This document shows positions 1-8,718 of a DNA stretch of 64,000 bases, one piece after another. A program made the translations under genes and the position numbers. The notes beneath the pieces were generated by a model, which was not told where the DNA came from, ran no database searches, and was given only the letters and a program-made list of their open reading frames with translations. This stretch comes from an uncultured delta proteobacterium (GTDB lineage Bacteria; Desulfobacterota; RBG-13-43-22): assembly GCA_963790475.1 (NCBI GenBank), contig CAWBOS010000013.1, positions 32,001 through 96,000 of the forward strand, read 5' to 3'. Every line of letters begins with the position of its first letter. Within the stretch, counting starts at the first letter, position 1.

Positions 1-158
1 GAACCGTTCGATCGGCCGAAGAAGTCCTACCCGCCCTGGAGGAGTCCTTATCGGTTAAAGGCCCCTTCCTAATTGATTTTCGCATAGCGCCGGAAGAGAA
101 TGTCTTTCCCATGGTTCCGGCCGGTAAAGGTATTTGCGAAATCCTTGAGGAGTGTTGA
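1..158 (+). CDS. ilvB: acetolactate synthase large subunit, 3' end (partial, runs off window)
   Basis: Frame from nt 3 reads TVRSAEEVLPALEESLSVKGPFLIDFRIAPEENVFPMVPAGKG...*; the ENVFPMVP motif is typical and the gene lies directly upstream of ilvN. Confidence 0.85.
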   Translation, partial: TVRSAEEVLPALEESLSVKGPFLIDFRIAPEENVFPMVPAGKGICEILEEC

Positions 159-160
159 TC

Positions 161-667
161 ATGCGTCAAGTCATTTCAGTCCTGGTTCGAAACCACCCCG
201 GGGTTCTGTCCCACGTGGCCGGTCTTTTTGCCCGGCGGGCTTATAATATCGAAAGCATTGTGGCCGGAATCACGGATCGGGCCGATATCACCCGGATTAC
301 CCTGGTGGTGACCGGCGATGAATCGATACTGGAACAGGTGACCAAGCAGCTCCGGAAACTGATCGATGTCATCGGGGTCATTGATTTGAAATATTCCCAA
401 TCCATCACCCGGGAATTGATCCTGATGACCGTATACCTGCCGGTGGAAAAACGTGTTGAATTAATCCAGGTGGCCAATTCTTTCGGAGCCACTATTGTGG
501 ACATCTCCGATCAAACCGCCACCTTGGAATTTTCCGGCAATGAACGGCGAATCAACACCCTGCTCATGGCCCTGACCCCTTTTAAAGTCAAGGAAATTGC
601 CAGGACCGGACTGATCGCCCTGCCTTTGGAAAGCGTTGTGGGGGACAGCCGGGAATTTTTGGCCTGA
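161..667 (+). CDS. ilvN: acetolactate synthase small (regulatory) subunit
   Basis: ACT domain (ISVLVRNHPGVLSHVAGLFARRAYNIES) and C-terminal EIARTG; ATG at 161. Confidence 0.92.
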   Translation: MRQVISVLVRNHPGVLSHVAGLFARRAYNIESIVAGITDRADITRITLVVTGDESILEQVTKQLRKLIDVIGVIDLKYSQSITRELILMTVYLPVEKRVELIQVANSFGATIVDISDQTATLEFSGNERRINTLLMALTPFKVKEIARTGLIALPLESVVGDSREFLA

Positions 668-681
668 GGGGCAATTTATCC

Positions 682-713
682 TTGACAAATTTGATTTCAT
701 TATGATAATCAAA
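682..713 (+). promoter_or_regulatory. sigma70-type promoter of the por operon with overlapping imperfect palindrome
   Basis: TTGACA at 682-687; tttgatt...aatcaaa inverted repeat (690-713) covers the -10 region. Confidence 0.5.
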
Positions 714-757
714 CAAACTTTATTCATAATCCCGATTGGTTCTTAAGGAATAAGGCG

Positions 758-1306
758 ATGATTGAAGTTCGATTTCATGGTCGGGGCGGACAGGGGGCGG
801 TGACTTCAGCCGAATTGATCGCCCTGGCGGCTATTGATGAAGGGCAGTACGCCCAGGCCTTTCCCCTTTTTGGGCCGGAACGCCGCGGCGCACCGGTCGT
901 GGCCTTCCTGCGGGTCAGCCCTTCCCAGATCCGCATCCGTTCCAAAGTCTATCAGCCGGACATTGTAGTGGTTCTCGATCCGACCCTGCTGGATATTGTC
1001 GATGTTTCCTCCGGGTTGAAACCCAAAGGAACCTTAGTCATCAATTCGGCCAAGACCGCGGACCAGCTCCGAAAAGATTATGCTTTTAAAGGCCGGCTGG
1101 CCGTGGTGGATGCCGGAAAGATTGCCATGGAGGAGATGAATGTGCCCATCACCAACACCACCATGCTGGGGGCCTTGATCAAGGCCGCCGGGATCACTCC
1201 CCTGTCCTCCATGGATAAACCTTTGGACAAGAGGTTCGGAAAAATCGCCGAAAGAAACAAGAAGGCCATGCATAGGGCCTTTGGAGAAACCATCATCAAG
1301 GAGTAA
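758..1306 (+). CDS. porC: pyruvate/2-oxoacid:ferredoxin oxidoreductase gamma subunit
   Basis: MIEVRFHGRGGQGAVT and FGPERRGAPV motifs. Confidence 0.9.
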   Translation: MIEVRFHGRGGQGAVTSAELIALAAIDEGQYAQAFPLFGPERRGAPVVAFLRVSPSQIRIRSKVYQPDIVVVLDPTLLDIVDVSSGLKPKGTLVINSAKTADQLRKDYAFKGRLAVVDAGKIAMEEMNVPITNTTMLGALIKAAGITPLSSMDKPLDKRFGKIAERNKKAMHRAFGETIIKE

Positions 1307-1311
1307 TCAGC

Positions 1312-1608
1312 GTGGCCAAAGTAGAAGCCCTTCACCCCTGGAAAGAGGTCCCCATAGGCTGTGCCATCCTGGAGGCTGGAAACAGCCGGCAATTTAAGAC
1401 CGGAGACTGGCGCTCCACAACCCGGCCGGTGACCGACCGGGAAAAATGTATTAAATGCGGAAGGTGCTGGATCTTTTGCCCGGATATGGCTTACAGTCAT
1501 AGAGCGGACGGCCAGTTTGATTGGAACGGTGATTATTGCAAAGGATGCGGTATCTGTGCCCGGGAATGCCCCGTAGATGCTATTCAAATGATTGCGGAGG
1601 AGAAATAG
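1312..1608 (+). CDS. porD: pyruvate/2-oxoacid:ferredoxin oxidoreductase delta subunit (2x[4Fe-4S])
   Basis: KTGDWR, CIKCGRCWIFCP and CKGCGICARECP motifs. Confidence 0.9.
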   Translation: MAKVEALHPWKEVPIGCAILEAGNSRQFKTGDWRSTTRPVTDREKCIKCGRCWIFCPDMAYSHRADGQFDWNGDYCKGCGICARECPVDAIQMIAEEK

Positions 1609-1610
1609 CT

Positions 1611-2789
1611 ATGGCCGGACGAAAAGGCATGGAAGTTTCCATCGCCGTCAGTGAAGCTGTTAAACTGGCCAACGTGGATGTAATCTCGGCCTATCCTATC
1701 ACTCCCCAGACCCACATTGTGGAACATCTGTCGGAGTTGGTGGCCGATGGAGAGTTGCAGGCGGCCTTCGTCCCCGTTGAATCGGAACATTCGGCCCTAA
1801 GCGCCACCATCGGGGCGGCAGCCACGGGGGCCCGGGCCTATACAGCCACCAGTTCCCAGGGGTTGGCCCTGATGCACGAAATCATGTTCATCGCTTCCAG
1901 CATCCGAATGCCTTTAACCATGACCGTGGTCAACCGGGCTATTTCAGCCCCGATCAATATCTGGAACGACCTGAGCGACATCATGGCCGAACGGGATTGC
2001 GGCTGGGTCCAACTCTTTGCCATCAATGGGCAGGAGGCCGTGGACTTAACGCTCCAAGCCTTCAAGATCGCCGAAGACCCCAGGGTATTGCTGCCCGTGG
2101 CGGTCAATCTGGACGGCTTTATTTTGAGCCATGTTATTGAACCGGTGGAAATGCCCGATCAGGAAACGGTGGATCGCTTTTTGCCCGTATTTAAGCCGGT
2201 ACTGCGCCTGGATCCGGATCTGCCCGTCTCCATAGGGTCCTTCGGCAGTCCGGATGTCTTTATAGAAGTCAAAAAACAGGTAGAAGAAGCACTGATCGGT
2301 TCCCAGAAGGTGATGGCCGAGGTCTGGAAAGATTTCGGAGAAATCTTCGGCCGGACCTATAAACCGATTGAATCCTATAAAACCAAAGGGGCCGAGATCC
2401 TGCTGGTAACCATGGGCAGCATCACAGAAACCGCCATGACGGCTGTGGATGTAATGCGCGAAAAGGGACAGAAAGTGGGATTGATTCATATCCGGCTCTG
2501 GCGCCCCTTCCCTTTTAAGGAATTTTTTCAGGCCATCCGGGAGGCCAAAGCGTTGGCCGTGGTGGATCGGGCCTTGGTTCCGGGCGGTGCAGGCGGACCG
2601 GTGGGTCTGGAAATCAAAGCCGCCCTTTTTGAAAAAAAGGAGCCGCCCTATGTGGCCGAGTTTGTGGCCGGTCTGGGCGGCCGGGATCTGACGGTGGAGG
2701 TCTTTGCCGAAATGGCGTCCAAGGCCGAACGATATGCCAAAACGGGAAAAGAGATGCATTACGAAATGATCGGGGTGCGAGAGAAATGA
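1611..2789 (+). CDS. porA: pyruvate/2-oxoacid:ferredoxin oxidoreductase alpha subunit
   Basis: AYPITPQT, ESEHSA and TATSSQGL motifs; likely ATG at 1611. Confidence 0.9.
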   Translation: MAGRKGMEVSIAVSEAVKLANVDVISAYPITPQTHIVEHLSELVADGELQAAFVPVESEHSALSATIGAAATGARAYTATSSQGLALMHEIMFIASSIRMPLTMTVVNRAISAPINIWNDLSDIMAERDCGWVQLFAINGQEAVDLTLQAFKIAEDPRVLLPVAVNLDGFILSHVIEPVEMPDQETVDRFLPVFKPVLRLDPDLPVSIGSFGSPDVFIEVKKQVEEALIGSQKVMAEVWKDFGEIFGRTYKPIESYKTKGAEILLVTMGSITETAMTAVDVMREKGQKVGLIHIRLWRPFPFKEFFQAIREAKALAVVDRALVPGGAGGPVGLEIKAALFEKKEPPYVAEFVAGLGGRDLTVEVFAEMASKAERYAKTGKEMHYEMIGVREK

Positions 2790-3760
2790 TTGCCCAAGAC
2801 TTGCAAGATTTTAAGAGATTTACCCCCAAGACCCTGCCCAAAGAAGAACCTCTGGTTTCCGGACATCGGGCCTGTCAGGGTTGCGGAGAGGTCCTGGCTT
2901 TGCGCCTGGTGGCCAAGGCCATCGGCAGTCCCATGATTGTTATCAGCGCCACCGGGTGCATGGAGATCATCTCCTCACCCTATCCCCAAACCGCCTGGGC
3001 CGTGCCCTGGATTCATGTGGCCTTTGAAAATAGCGCCGCCGTGGCCTCCGGGGTGGAAGTGGGGCTCAAGACCTTGATGGCCAAGGGGCGGATCCCCGAG
3101 AAAAAAATTACCATAGTGGTTTTTGCCGGGGACGGGGGAACCGCCGATATCGGGCTCCAGTCTCTTTCCGGGGCCATGGAACGGGGTCATGATTTTGTCT
3201 ATGTCTGTCTGGATAACGAAGCCTACATGAATACCGGTATTCAACGTTCCAGTTCCACCCCTTTCGGAGCCATGACCACCACTTCACCGGCCGGGAAAAT
3301 TACTGCCGGTCAAACCACCTGGAAAAAAAATCTCCCGGCCATTATGGCTGCTCATAGTATTCCTTATGTGGCCACGGCCTCACCGGCCTATTATGTGGAC
3401 TTGATGAACAAGGCTAAGAAAGCGGCCTTGATCAAAGGCCCCGCTTATCTCCACGTCTACTCTCCTTGTCCGACCGGCTGGCGGCATGGAACGGATCTCG
3501 CCATTGAGGTCAGCCGCCTGGTGGTGGAAACTAATATTTTCCCTTTGTTTGAAGTCATCGAAGGGAAATACCTGGTCCGTAAAAACGCCAAGCCCAAACC
3601 GGTGGAAGACTATCTAAAAGGCCAAAGGCGTTTCAGCCACCTGACCCCGGATTTGATTCAGACCATCCAGAAGCGGGTAGATTTGGAGTTTGAAAAACTC
3701 CTCAAGCTGGAGGCCTGCACCCAGCCTGCGGAGATCAAAGAGGAAGCCAAGAAAGAATAA
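2786..3760 (+). CDS. porB: pyruvate/2-oxoacid:ferredoxin oxidoreductase beta subunit
   Basis: GHRACQGCG and TPP-binding GDGGTADIG...DNEAYMNTG. Confidence 0.9.
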   Translation: MIAQDLQDFKRFTPKTLPKEEPLVSGHRACQGCGEVLALRLVAKAIGSPMIVISATGCMEIISSPYPQTAWAVPWIHVAFENSAAVASGVEVGLKTLMAKGRIPEKKITIVVFAGDGGTADIGLQSLSGAMERGHDFVYVCLDNEAYMNTGIQRSSSTPFGAMTTTSPAGKITAGQTTWKKNLPAIMAAHSIPYVATASPAYYVDLMNKAKKAALIKGPAYLHVYSPCPTGWRHGTDLAIEVSRLVVETNIFPLFEVIEGKYLVRKNAKPKPVEDYLKGQRRFSHLTPDLIQTIQKRVDLEFEKLLKLEACTQPAEIKEEAKKE

Positions 3761-3829
3761 TTTGAAAACAGAGAAGTTTTGGATTATACTTTTTTCTTTC
3801 TGAAATCCAAAATCCAAACTTAAAACCAT

Positions 3830-3960
3830 TCCCCGGTAGCTCAGTCCCGCTTTTAGCGGGATTTCGCTTATGCTCAATCGGGGGAAGCGGGTAGTCGAAG
3901 CGGAGTGGAGATCCCGCAAACTGCGGGATTAATCCCGCTGCAAGCGGGATTCGAGTCCGT
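3830..3960 (+). pseudogene. decayed tRNA-Asn copy interrupted by three (A/G)TCCCGC-N5-GCGGGAT palindromes
   Basis: First 17 nt (tccccggtagctcagtc) and ttcgagtccgt are identical to the adjacent tRNA; ggtag, agcgg, gtgg and ttaa remnants occur in tRNA order between the palindromes. Confidence 0.7.
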
Positions 3961-3995
3961 GAGAAGAACATAGAGGATTAAAACAAGATAATCAT

Positions 3996-4071
3996 TCCCC
4001 GGTAGCTCAGTCGGTAGAGCGGGTGGCTGTTAACCACTTGGTCGGCGGTTCGAGTCCGTCCCGGGGAGCCA
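3996..4071 (+). tRNA. tRNA-Asn(GTT), CCA encoded
   Basis: 76-nt cloverleaf: acceptor tccccgg/ccgggga, D arm gctc/gagc, anticodon loop ctGTTaa, T loop ttcgagt, 3' gCCA. Confidence 0.97.
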
Positions 4072-4183
4072 TTTCGACGCGCAAAAGGGGCATTTTAAAA
4101 CAATGAATGCCCCTTTTGCTTGCTCAAGGCCTCCGGCCGAATAGAAAAAGGCGTCGAAATGGTCCTGAGTTTATCGAAGGGCC
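4069..4183 (+). repeat. structured leader copy 1 (outer stem, inner hairpin, REP-like cctgag..tcgaagg motif)
   Basis: ccatttcgacgc (4069-4080) pairs with gcgtcgaaatgg (4151-4162) and encloses aaaaggggcatt/aatgcccctttt; the leader recurs at 19501 and 21587. Confidence 0.8.
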
Positions 4184-4206
4184 AATTATTTTATACCCTA
4201 AACCTT

Positions 4207-4509
4207 ATGCCCGCTTGGCTTTATATCCTCCGGCTCAAATCTGGTGCCTTATACGTTGGCGCCACTACCAACCTGGATCAACGTTATAAAGATCATTGCG
4301 CAGGGAAAGCCTGCCGAACTACAAAGATAGATCCACCCTTAGCCCTCGTTCATTCCGAAGAATTCCAGACAAATAGTGATGCCCGAAAACGTGAGGCTCA
4401 AATAAAACGCTGGACAAGGGTAAAAAAGGAAGCGTTAATAGCAGGTGATCTTGATAAACTGAAACTCCTCTCAAGGTCAAAGAAAAGGATTCCCAGAGAA
4501 GAAGAGTAA
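4207..4509 (+). CDS. small GIY-YIG nuclease family protein (copy 1)
   Basis: WLYILRLKSGALYVGAT...QRYKDH...ARKREAQIKRWTR, a YhbQ/UPF0213-like GIY-YIG; ATG at 4207. Confidence 0.88.
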   Translation: MPAWLYILRLKSGALYVGATTNLDQRYKDHCAGKACRTTKIDPPLALVHSEEFQTNSDARKREAQIKRWTRVKKEALIAGDLDKLKLLSRSKKRIPREEE

Positions 4510-4531
4510 ACCGATTGGGGAAGGAATCCAC

Positions 4532-4552
4532 CGAGTCCGTCCCGGGGGGCCA
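4532..4552 (+). repeat. direct repeat of tRNA-Asn 3' end (att-like, 1 mismatch)
   Basis: cgagtccgtcccggggggcca versus tRNA 4051-4071 cgagtccgtcccggggagcca. Confidence 0.9.
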
Positions 4553-4674
4553 AAAATATAAGTGAGATGGCTGTAGCTTAAAAACATTATGACAACTTAA
4601 ATTTCGTTTAGGACACATGATTCAAATTGTCAAAGTTAAAGAATTGACCCCTTCCCCTGTTCCGTATTTCCTAG

Positions 4675-6657
4675 CCCATCTTCCGCAGTTAGAAAGCATG
4701 GAAGACGCGATATCAAATAGTTACGACAAGAATTAGGGCATTTTCTTCACTACATTTTCAATAATTTTTGGTTTGTTGGGGAGCAGAATTTTCAATCTCT
4801 GAAGCAGCACTTTGAGTTCCTTTGAGGGAGTAGCCACCATTCTGAGCCGGAGGGTTCTCTCCCGCGCCGGTAGTAGCACATCCAAAGATTTCAATTCCCG
4901 CAACTCCTCCAACAGCTTTCTTGGGGCGGTACCGAGTCCCGAGGCTTTCATCCATTGCTGGAGCGTTCGCCACATAGTCAGCGCCAAGAAGCAGACCAGG
5001 ATATGAGCCTGGGTCCGTTCCTGTTTTTGATGGAAGATCGGTCGCATTCCCAGATCATGTTTCTCGGTACGGAATGAATCTTCCACTTCCGTCAGTTGGA
5101 TGTAGGTATTCCATAGGACTTTCGGGTCACTTTCGGTCCAGTTGGTGCGCAAGATGTAGCTACCGCCGGTCTCCAAGGCCCACTGTTGCCGTTGTTCGTT
5201 CTTCTTGACTTCTAGGGAAAGCGGTGCGTCTTTTCCGGTACCGGTCTCTATGACTGTAATATTGAACAACGAGGCCGCACGTTTATTTTGTTCCAGCAGT
5301 CGCCCTATTCTCCGCTCGACTTTCTGCTTGTCTCGGAGCTTGCCGGTTTCGGCCTGGCGGGCCAGGTGATCCAGTTGGCTTTCCAGTCGGGTCAAAAAGT
5401 GGTTTAGAATGGCGTTTTCTTTCTCCTTCCGGCCTTGAGACCGGCACAGGACAAAGATTTCATCCGTTCCTTCCGGCGAGCAACAGAGCTTGACCTCAAC
5501 ATCAGGTTGGACCGCTTCCCAGTTCTGTTCGAAAAGCTGCTGCTCAAACTTCTTCAGCATCACTTTTGGGGTGCCGACCAAATAGCGGGCACCGACTTTG
5601 CGCATAAACTCCAGATTCTCCTCACTCACCATGCCGCGATCCATAACCCAGATCCGGTTGGCTTGGCCGTATTTGGCCTCCATCATCTGAACCATCTCTT
5701 GGGTCGTCGTAACATCCGGTCGATTGCCGTCAAAAACCTCAAAGGCTATGGGAAAGCCCTCTCGGGTGGCCACCAGGCCGATGCAGACCTGGGGACAATC
5801 TGGACGACTGTCCCGGCTGTAACCCCTCTTGGCCTGGGCATTGCCCTTGGCGGTCCCCTCAAAATAGGTGGAGGTTATGTCATAAAACAAAAAATCAAAG
5901 CTACTGCCGAACAGTTCCCCATAACGCTCCTGAAGGTGACGGCTTAAGGCATCCTTGTGGGGAAGCAAGGCATCCAGGGCACGATAAAGCCGATCCTCAT
6001 TGATCTTATAGTCGGCCACTCCCAGCAGATCGTCTAAGGCCGTCTGGCCATACCAAAACTCGGCCATCTGTAATTCCGACGATGGGGCGCAAAAGCGTCC
6101 AAGAACTAAAATAGACGCCATGATCGACCAAGGAATCTCTTCCCGGTTGGAAGGAATATGATCTCGGCAGAACCTGGCAAGCCCCAGTTTGTTCCACAAA
6201 AGCAACCCCAAATAGACATCGCCGAAGCCTCTGAGTCGCTCGACGCTTACGCCATGGATATTGACCGTGGCCCAAGATGGGGGGTCTTCCCCCTGCTCAA
6301 ACAGTTCAGGTCCAGGTAGAGGCTTTCCGGAAAGAATCCGTCCGATCTCCTCCCAACCTATCCGCTCTTCCCGATCAAGGCCAGGAAGTTTCCCTATCGT
6401 CGCCACTACTCGCTGACGGGGCCCTCGGGCAGTACGGACCGACTCAACTAAAAGCCAGCTCTCGTACTCCGCTCCACCTTTCTTTTTGGTCGCACGCCGG
6501 AGATACATAACCCCATTATCTCCGTTCCCACAGCACCTGGCAAGGGGGTGGTCTTCACTACATCCAATTTTCAAAGATCAGGACTTGAAATCATTTAACA
6601 ATTCCTGAAAATTCATCACGTTTTTCTTGATTTTTTCTCCAAACTGCGGAAGATGGG
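4675..6657 (-). mobile_element. IS1634-family insertion sequence, copy 1 (1983 bp)
   Basis: Terminal IRs cccatcttccgcagtt / aactgcggaagatggg; flanks CTAG and TTAA do not match. Confidence 0.9.
4733..6508 (-). CDS. IS1634-family DDE transposase
   Basis: MYLRR..KK.G..Y..W.LVES.RT..GPRQR start, YDITSTYFEG, GYSRDSRPD, VMDRGM, VEDSFR, LGMRPIFH. Confidence 0.9.
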   Translation of the reverse strand: MYLRRATKKKGGAEYESWLLVESVRTARGPRQRVVATIGKLPGLDREERIGWEEIGRILSGKPLPGPELFEQGEDPPSWATVNIHGVSVERLRGFGDVYLGLLLWNKLGLARFCRDHIPSNREEIPWSIMASILVLGRFCAPSSELQMAEFWYGQTALDDLLGVADYKINEDRLYRALDALLPHKDALSRHLQERYGELFGSSFDFLFYDITSTYFEGTAKGNAQAKRGYSRDSRPDCPQVCIGLVATREGFPIAFEVFDGNRPDVTTTQEMVQMMEAKYGQANRIWVMDRGMVSEENLEFMRKVGARYLVGTPKVMLKKFEQQLFEQNWEAVQPDVEVKLCCSPEGTDEIFVLCRSQGRKEKENAILNHFLTRLESQLDHLARQAETGKLRDKQKVERRIGRLLEQNKRAASLFNITVIETGTGKDAPLSLEVKKNEQRQQWALETGGSYILRTNWTESDPKVLWNTYIQLTEVEDSFRTEKHDLGMRPIFHQKQERTQAHILVCFLALTMWRTLQQWMKASGLGTAPRKLLEELRELKSLDVLLPARERTLRLRMVATPSKELKVLLQRLKILLPNKPKIIENVVKKMP

Positions 6658-6823
6658 TTAAAGTGACCGCTACAGGATTTTTACTTTTCGATTGACGAAT
6701 AAGCTCCTTTTGTTCACTCAGAAACCGATAGTCAATACTGCCTGGCCGAAACGGTCTACAATAATAGGCACACTGAAGTGTATCTATGCCATGAAGGAGT
6801 AAATTTATTGATTCTGCGGCCAT
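6658..6823 (-). pseudogene. N-terminal fragment of a putative rolling-circle replication initiation protein, truncated by IS1634
   Basis: LLLHGIDTLQCAYY...QKELIRQSKSKNPVAVTL resembles N-termini of Rep_trans-like initiators (recognised from memory); reading frame is cut at the IS end. Confidence 0.55.
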
Positions 6824-6825
6824 AG

Positions 6826-7308
6826 CTATTTAATCTTTACCTGCCGTTGCCATTTGCGGCGTGGTGGTGCCATTAGGGATTTACCTTTCCAGTCGTAATC
6901 CCCCATGGCCTCTTTCTCAATTTCTTCAATACTTTTTCCTTCAAGGTCTGCGGCCCACGCTTTACATTCGGAAATCGGAACGTATCCGCTTGAAGGTAAA
7001 CGACCATCAACTAAGGATTTTCTACCTTTCAATAACCTTGAATCTTTAATTTCATGAAAGATAAATACCGTTAAACGGCCTTCCTTTAACCGCTTATGAA
7101 GTCCCGCTCGGGATACCCTCGCGTATCCGGCAGCTCCACCGGGCGAAACAAGGCCGCCTGCTTTACATATTCTCGCAACGGCATGATACCAAACCCTGTA
7201 ATCATTCTCAGTTCCAAACCTCCTAAAGATTCGCGTCCCTTCATCCTGGTCCCCTATAAATCGGCGCAATTTATCCGGTATTTCCACATAAGGGAATTCT
7301 TTTTTCAT
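6826..7308 (-). CDS. putative HTH DNA-binding protein (excisionase/regulator-like)
   Basis: VSPGGAAGYARVSRAGLHKRLKEGRL HTH-like segment; RBS ggag upstream; ends 2 nt before the Rep fragment start. Confidence 0.55.
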   Translation of the reverse strand: MKKEFPYVEIPDKLRRFIGDQDEGTRIFRRFGTENDYRVWYHAVARICKAGGLVSPGGAAGYARVSRAGLHKRLKEGRLTVFIFHEIKDSRLLKGRKSLVDGRLPSSGYVPISECKAWAADLEGKSIEEIEKEAMGDYDWKGKSLMAPPRRKWQRQVKIK

Positions 7309-7324
7309 GTTAGTATCTCCAATT

Positions 7325-7401
7325 AATTAACACCAAGTTTATTTAATTATTAAAATAAAAATAATTCTCTGTCAAGAAAAAAATTAACACCAAGTTTATT
7401 T
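7325..7401 (-). promoter_or_regulatory. promoter flanked by two 20-bp direct repeats (operator-like)
   Basis: aattaacaccaagtttattt at 7325-7344 and 7382-7401; minus-strand TTGACA at 7370-7375 lies between them. Confidence 0.6.
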
Positions 7402-7422
7402 TTTTAGACGACGTGTATTTTC

Positions 7423-7524
7423 AACCCCCCGTGTTACTATAACGGGGGGTTCGATCGCCCTTCAGAGGTATGAGTTATCTACAGCCCTGCCCGGCTACCC
7501 CAGGGCCGCGGGCGTGGCTGTAGA
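7423..7524. other. two GC-rich hairpins; candidate rolling-circle origin
   Basis: aaccccccgt-gttactata-acggggggtt (7423-7451) and tctacagcc...ggctgtaga (7478-7524). Confidence 0.5.
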
Positions 7525-7666
7525 AAACCCGATATTGCATTTATTTGAATTAATCCGAGGTATCAACTACTTCCTGCTATACGTACCAAAGTGATGATTG
7601 ACAGATAAGGAGATTTTGATCATCATCTGTCTGATTTTCTTATTGATTTAAGAAAAGGAGACAGAG

Positions 7667-8686
7667 ATGACGAGCCTATATAGTGATATACAGAAGGCAG
7701 ATATAACTTCAGATCATTTTAAGAGTCCCACCCCAACCCCACCCCGTTACTATCAGACGCGGTTACGATTCACCTCCCATCTTGAAGGAAGTTTAGAAGC
7801 GCTCGGAAAGATTTTGAAACGGTTGGCCGGAATGGACCTCCCGGGGAGAGATCAGGTAGCCGCCTATCTTCGCCACTTAACTCACGGCAATCGCCGACCG
7901 AGAACCCTGTACAGTCGGTTTGGCACCCTCGTTCTTTTTCTGGGACTGATACGGGACACCGGCAAAGGCTTTGAAGCCATTACCCGAAGTGATGTAGAGG
8001 CCTTTATCGAGCGAGAGCAGGACCGGGGGATTAAGATAACGACGATCAGGACCAGGCTGGTGAGTGTGCAGGCCTTTCTCCGCTATCTGGTGGAGGAAGG
8101 GATCGTTTCCGGGGATATATTCCGCAGTCGGAGGATACGGTTGCAGTTACCGGAGCGGCTGCCGCGGGCCATGGATCCTGACGATCTGCAGAAGCTGCTT
8201 TCCGTTATTCATGATATCCGTGACCGAGCTTTGATCCTGGTCTTGTTGCGGACTGGCCTGCGGATCGGCGAGTTGCTTCAGACCAAGATGACCGACGTCC
8301 ATCTCCAGGAGCGGAAGATAGAGATTTACGAAGGGGAGAAGAACCGCCTGGGGAGGGTGGTCTATCTCAGCGACGATGCAGTTATAGCCCTGCGGAAGTG
8401 GTTGAAGAAGAGGAATCCCGGAGAGGAGTACCTGTTCTATGGGAAGAACGTCGAGACTTTGTGTTACAGCACCGCCCGGATCATCTTTCTGCGATATATA
8501 TCCAAGGCGGGATTAGAGGGCAAGGGATATTCCCTGCATACCCTGCGTCACACCTTTGCCACGGAGTTGCTCAACGCCGGCATGCGTCTGGAGTGCCTTC
8601 AGGTCTTGCTGGGACACCGGAGCATCGAGGAGACGCGACGTTATGCCCGGCTGACCGATAAGACCCGGGAGGCAGGAGTATTTTAA
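7667..8686 (+). CDS. tyrosine recombinase/integrase A (probable frameshift near the C-terminus)
   Basis: Catalytic motifs RTGLRIGE, HTLRHTFAT, LGH, RRYA; a shifted frame continues EQEYFKAMSKIE..., paralleling integrase B's QRDYFKAME. Confidence 0.88.
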   Translation: MTSLYSDIQKADITSDHFKSPTPTPPRYYQTRLRFTSHLEGSLEALGKILKRLAGMDLPGRDQVAAYLRHLTHGNRRPRTLYSRFGTLVLFLGLIRDTGKGFEAITRSDVEAFIEREQDRGIKITTIRTRLVSVQAFLRYLVEEGIVSGDIFRSRRIRLQLPERLPRAMDPDDLQKLLSVIHDIRDRALILVLLRTGLRIGELLQTKMTDVHLQERKIEIYEGEKNRLGRVVYLSDDAVIALRKWLKKRNPGEEYLFYGKNVETLCYSTARIIFLRYISKAGLEGKGYSLHTLRHTFATELLNAGMRLECLQVLLGHRSIEETRRYARLTDKTREAGVF

Positions 8687-8718
8687 GGCCATGTCGAAGA
8701 TCGAGAGGAGGAAGAGTC

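Noticed and set aside
4120-4206. N-terminal extensions of the GIY-YIG ORFs (MVLSLSKG..., MVLSLSKDLSKDLSKG...)
   Set aside because: These are translations of the REP-like repeat. The conserved domain starts at ATG 4207 and 19723.
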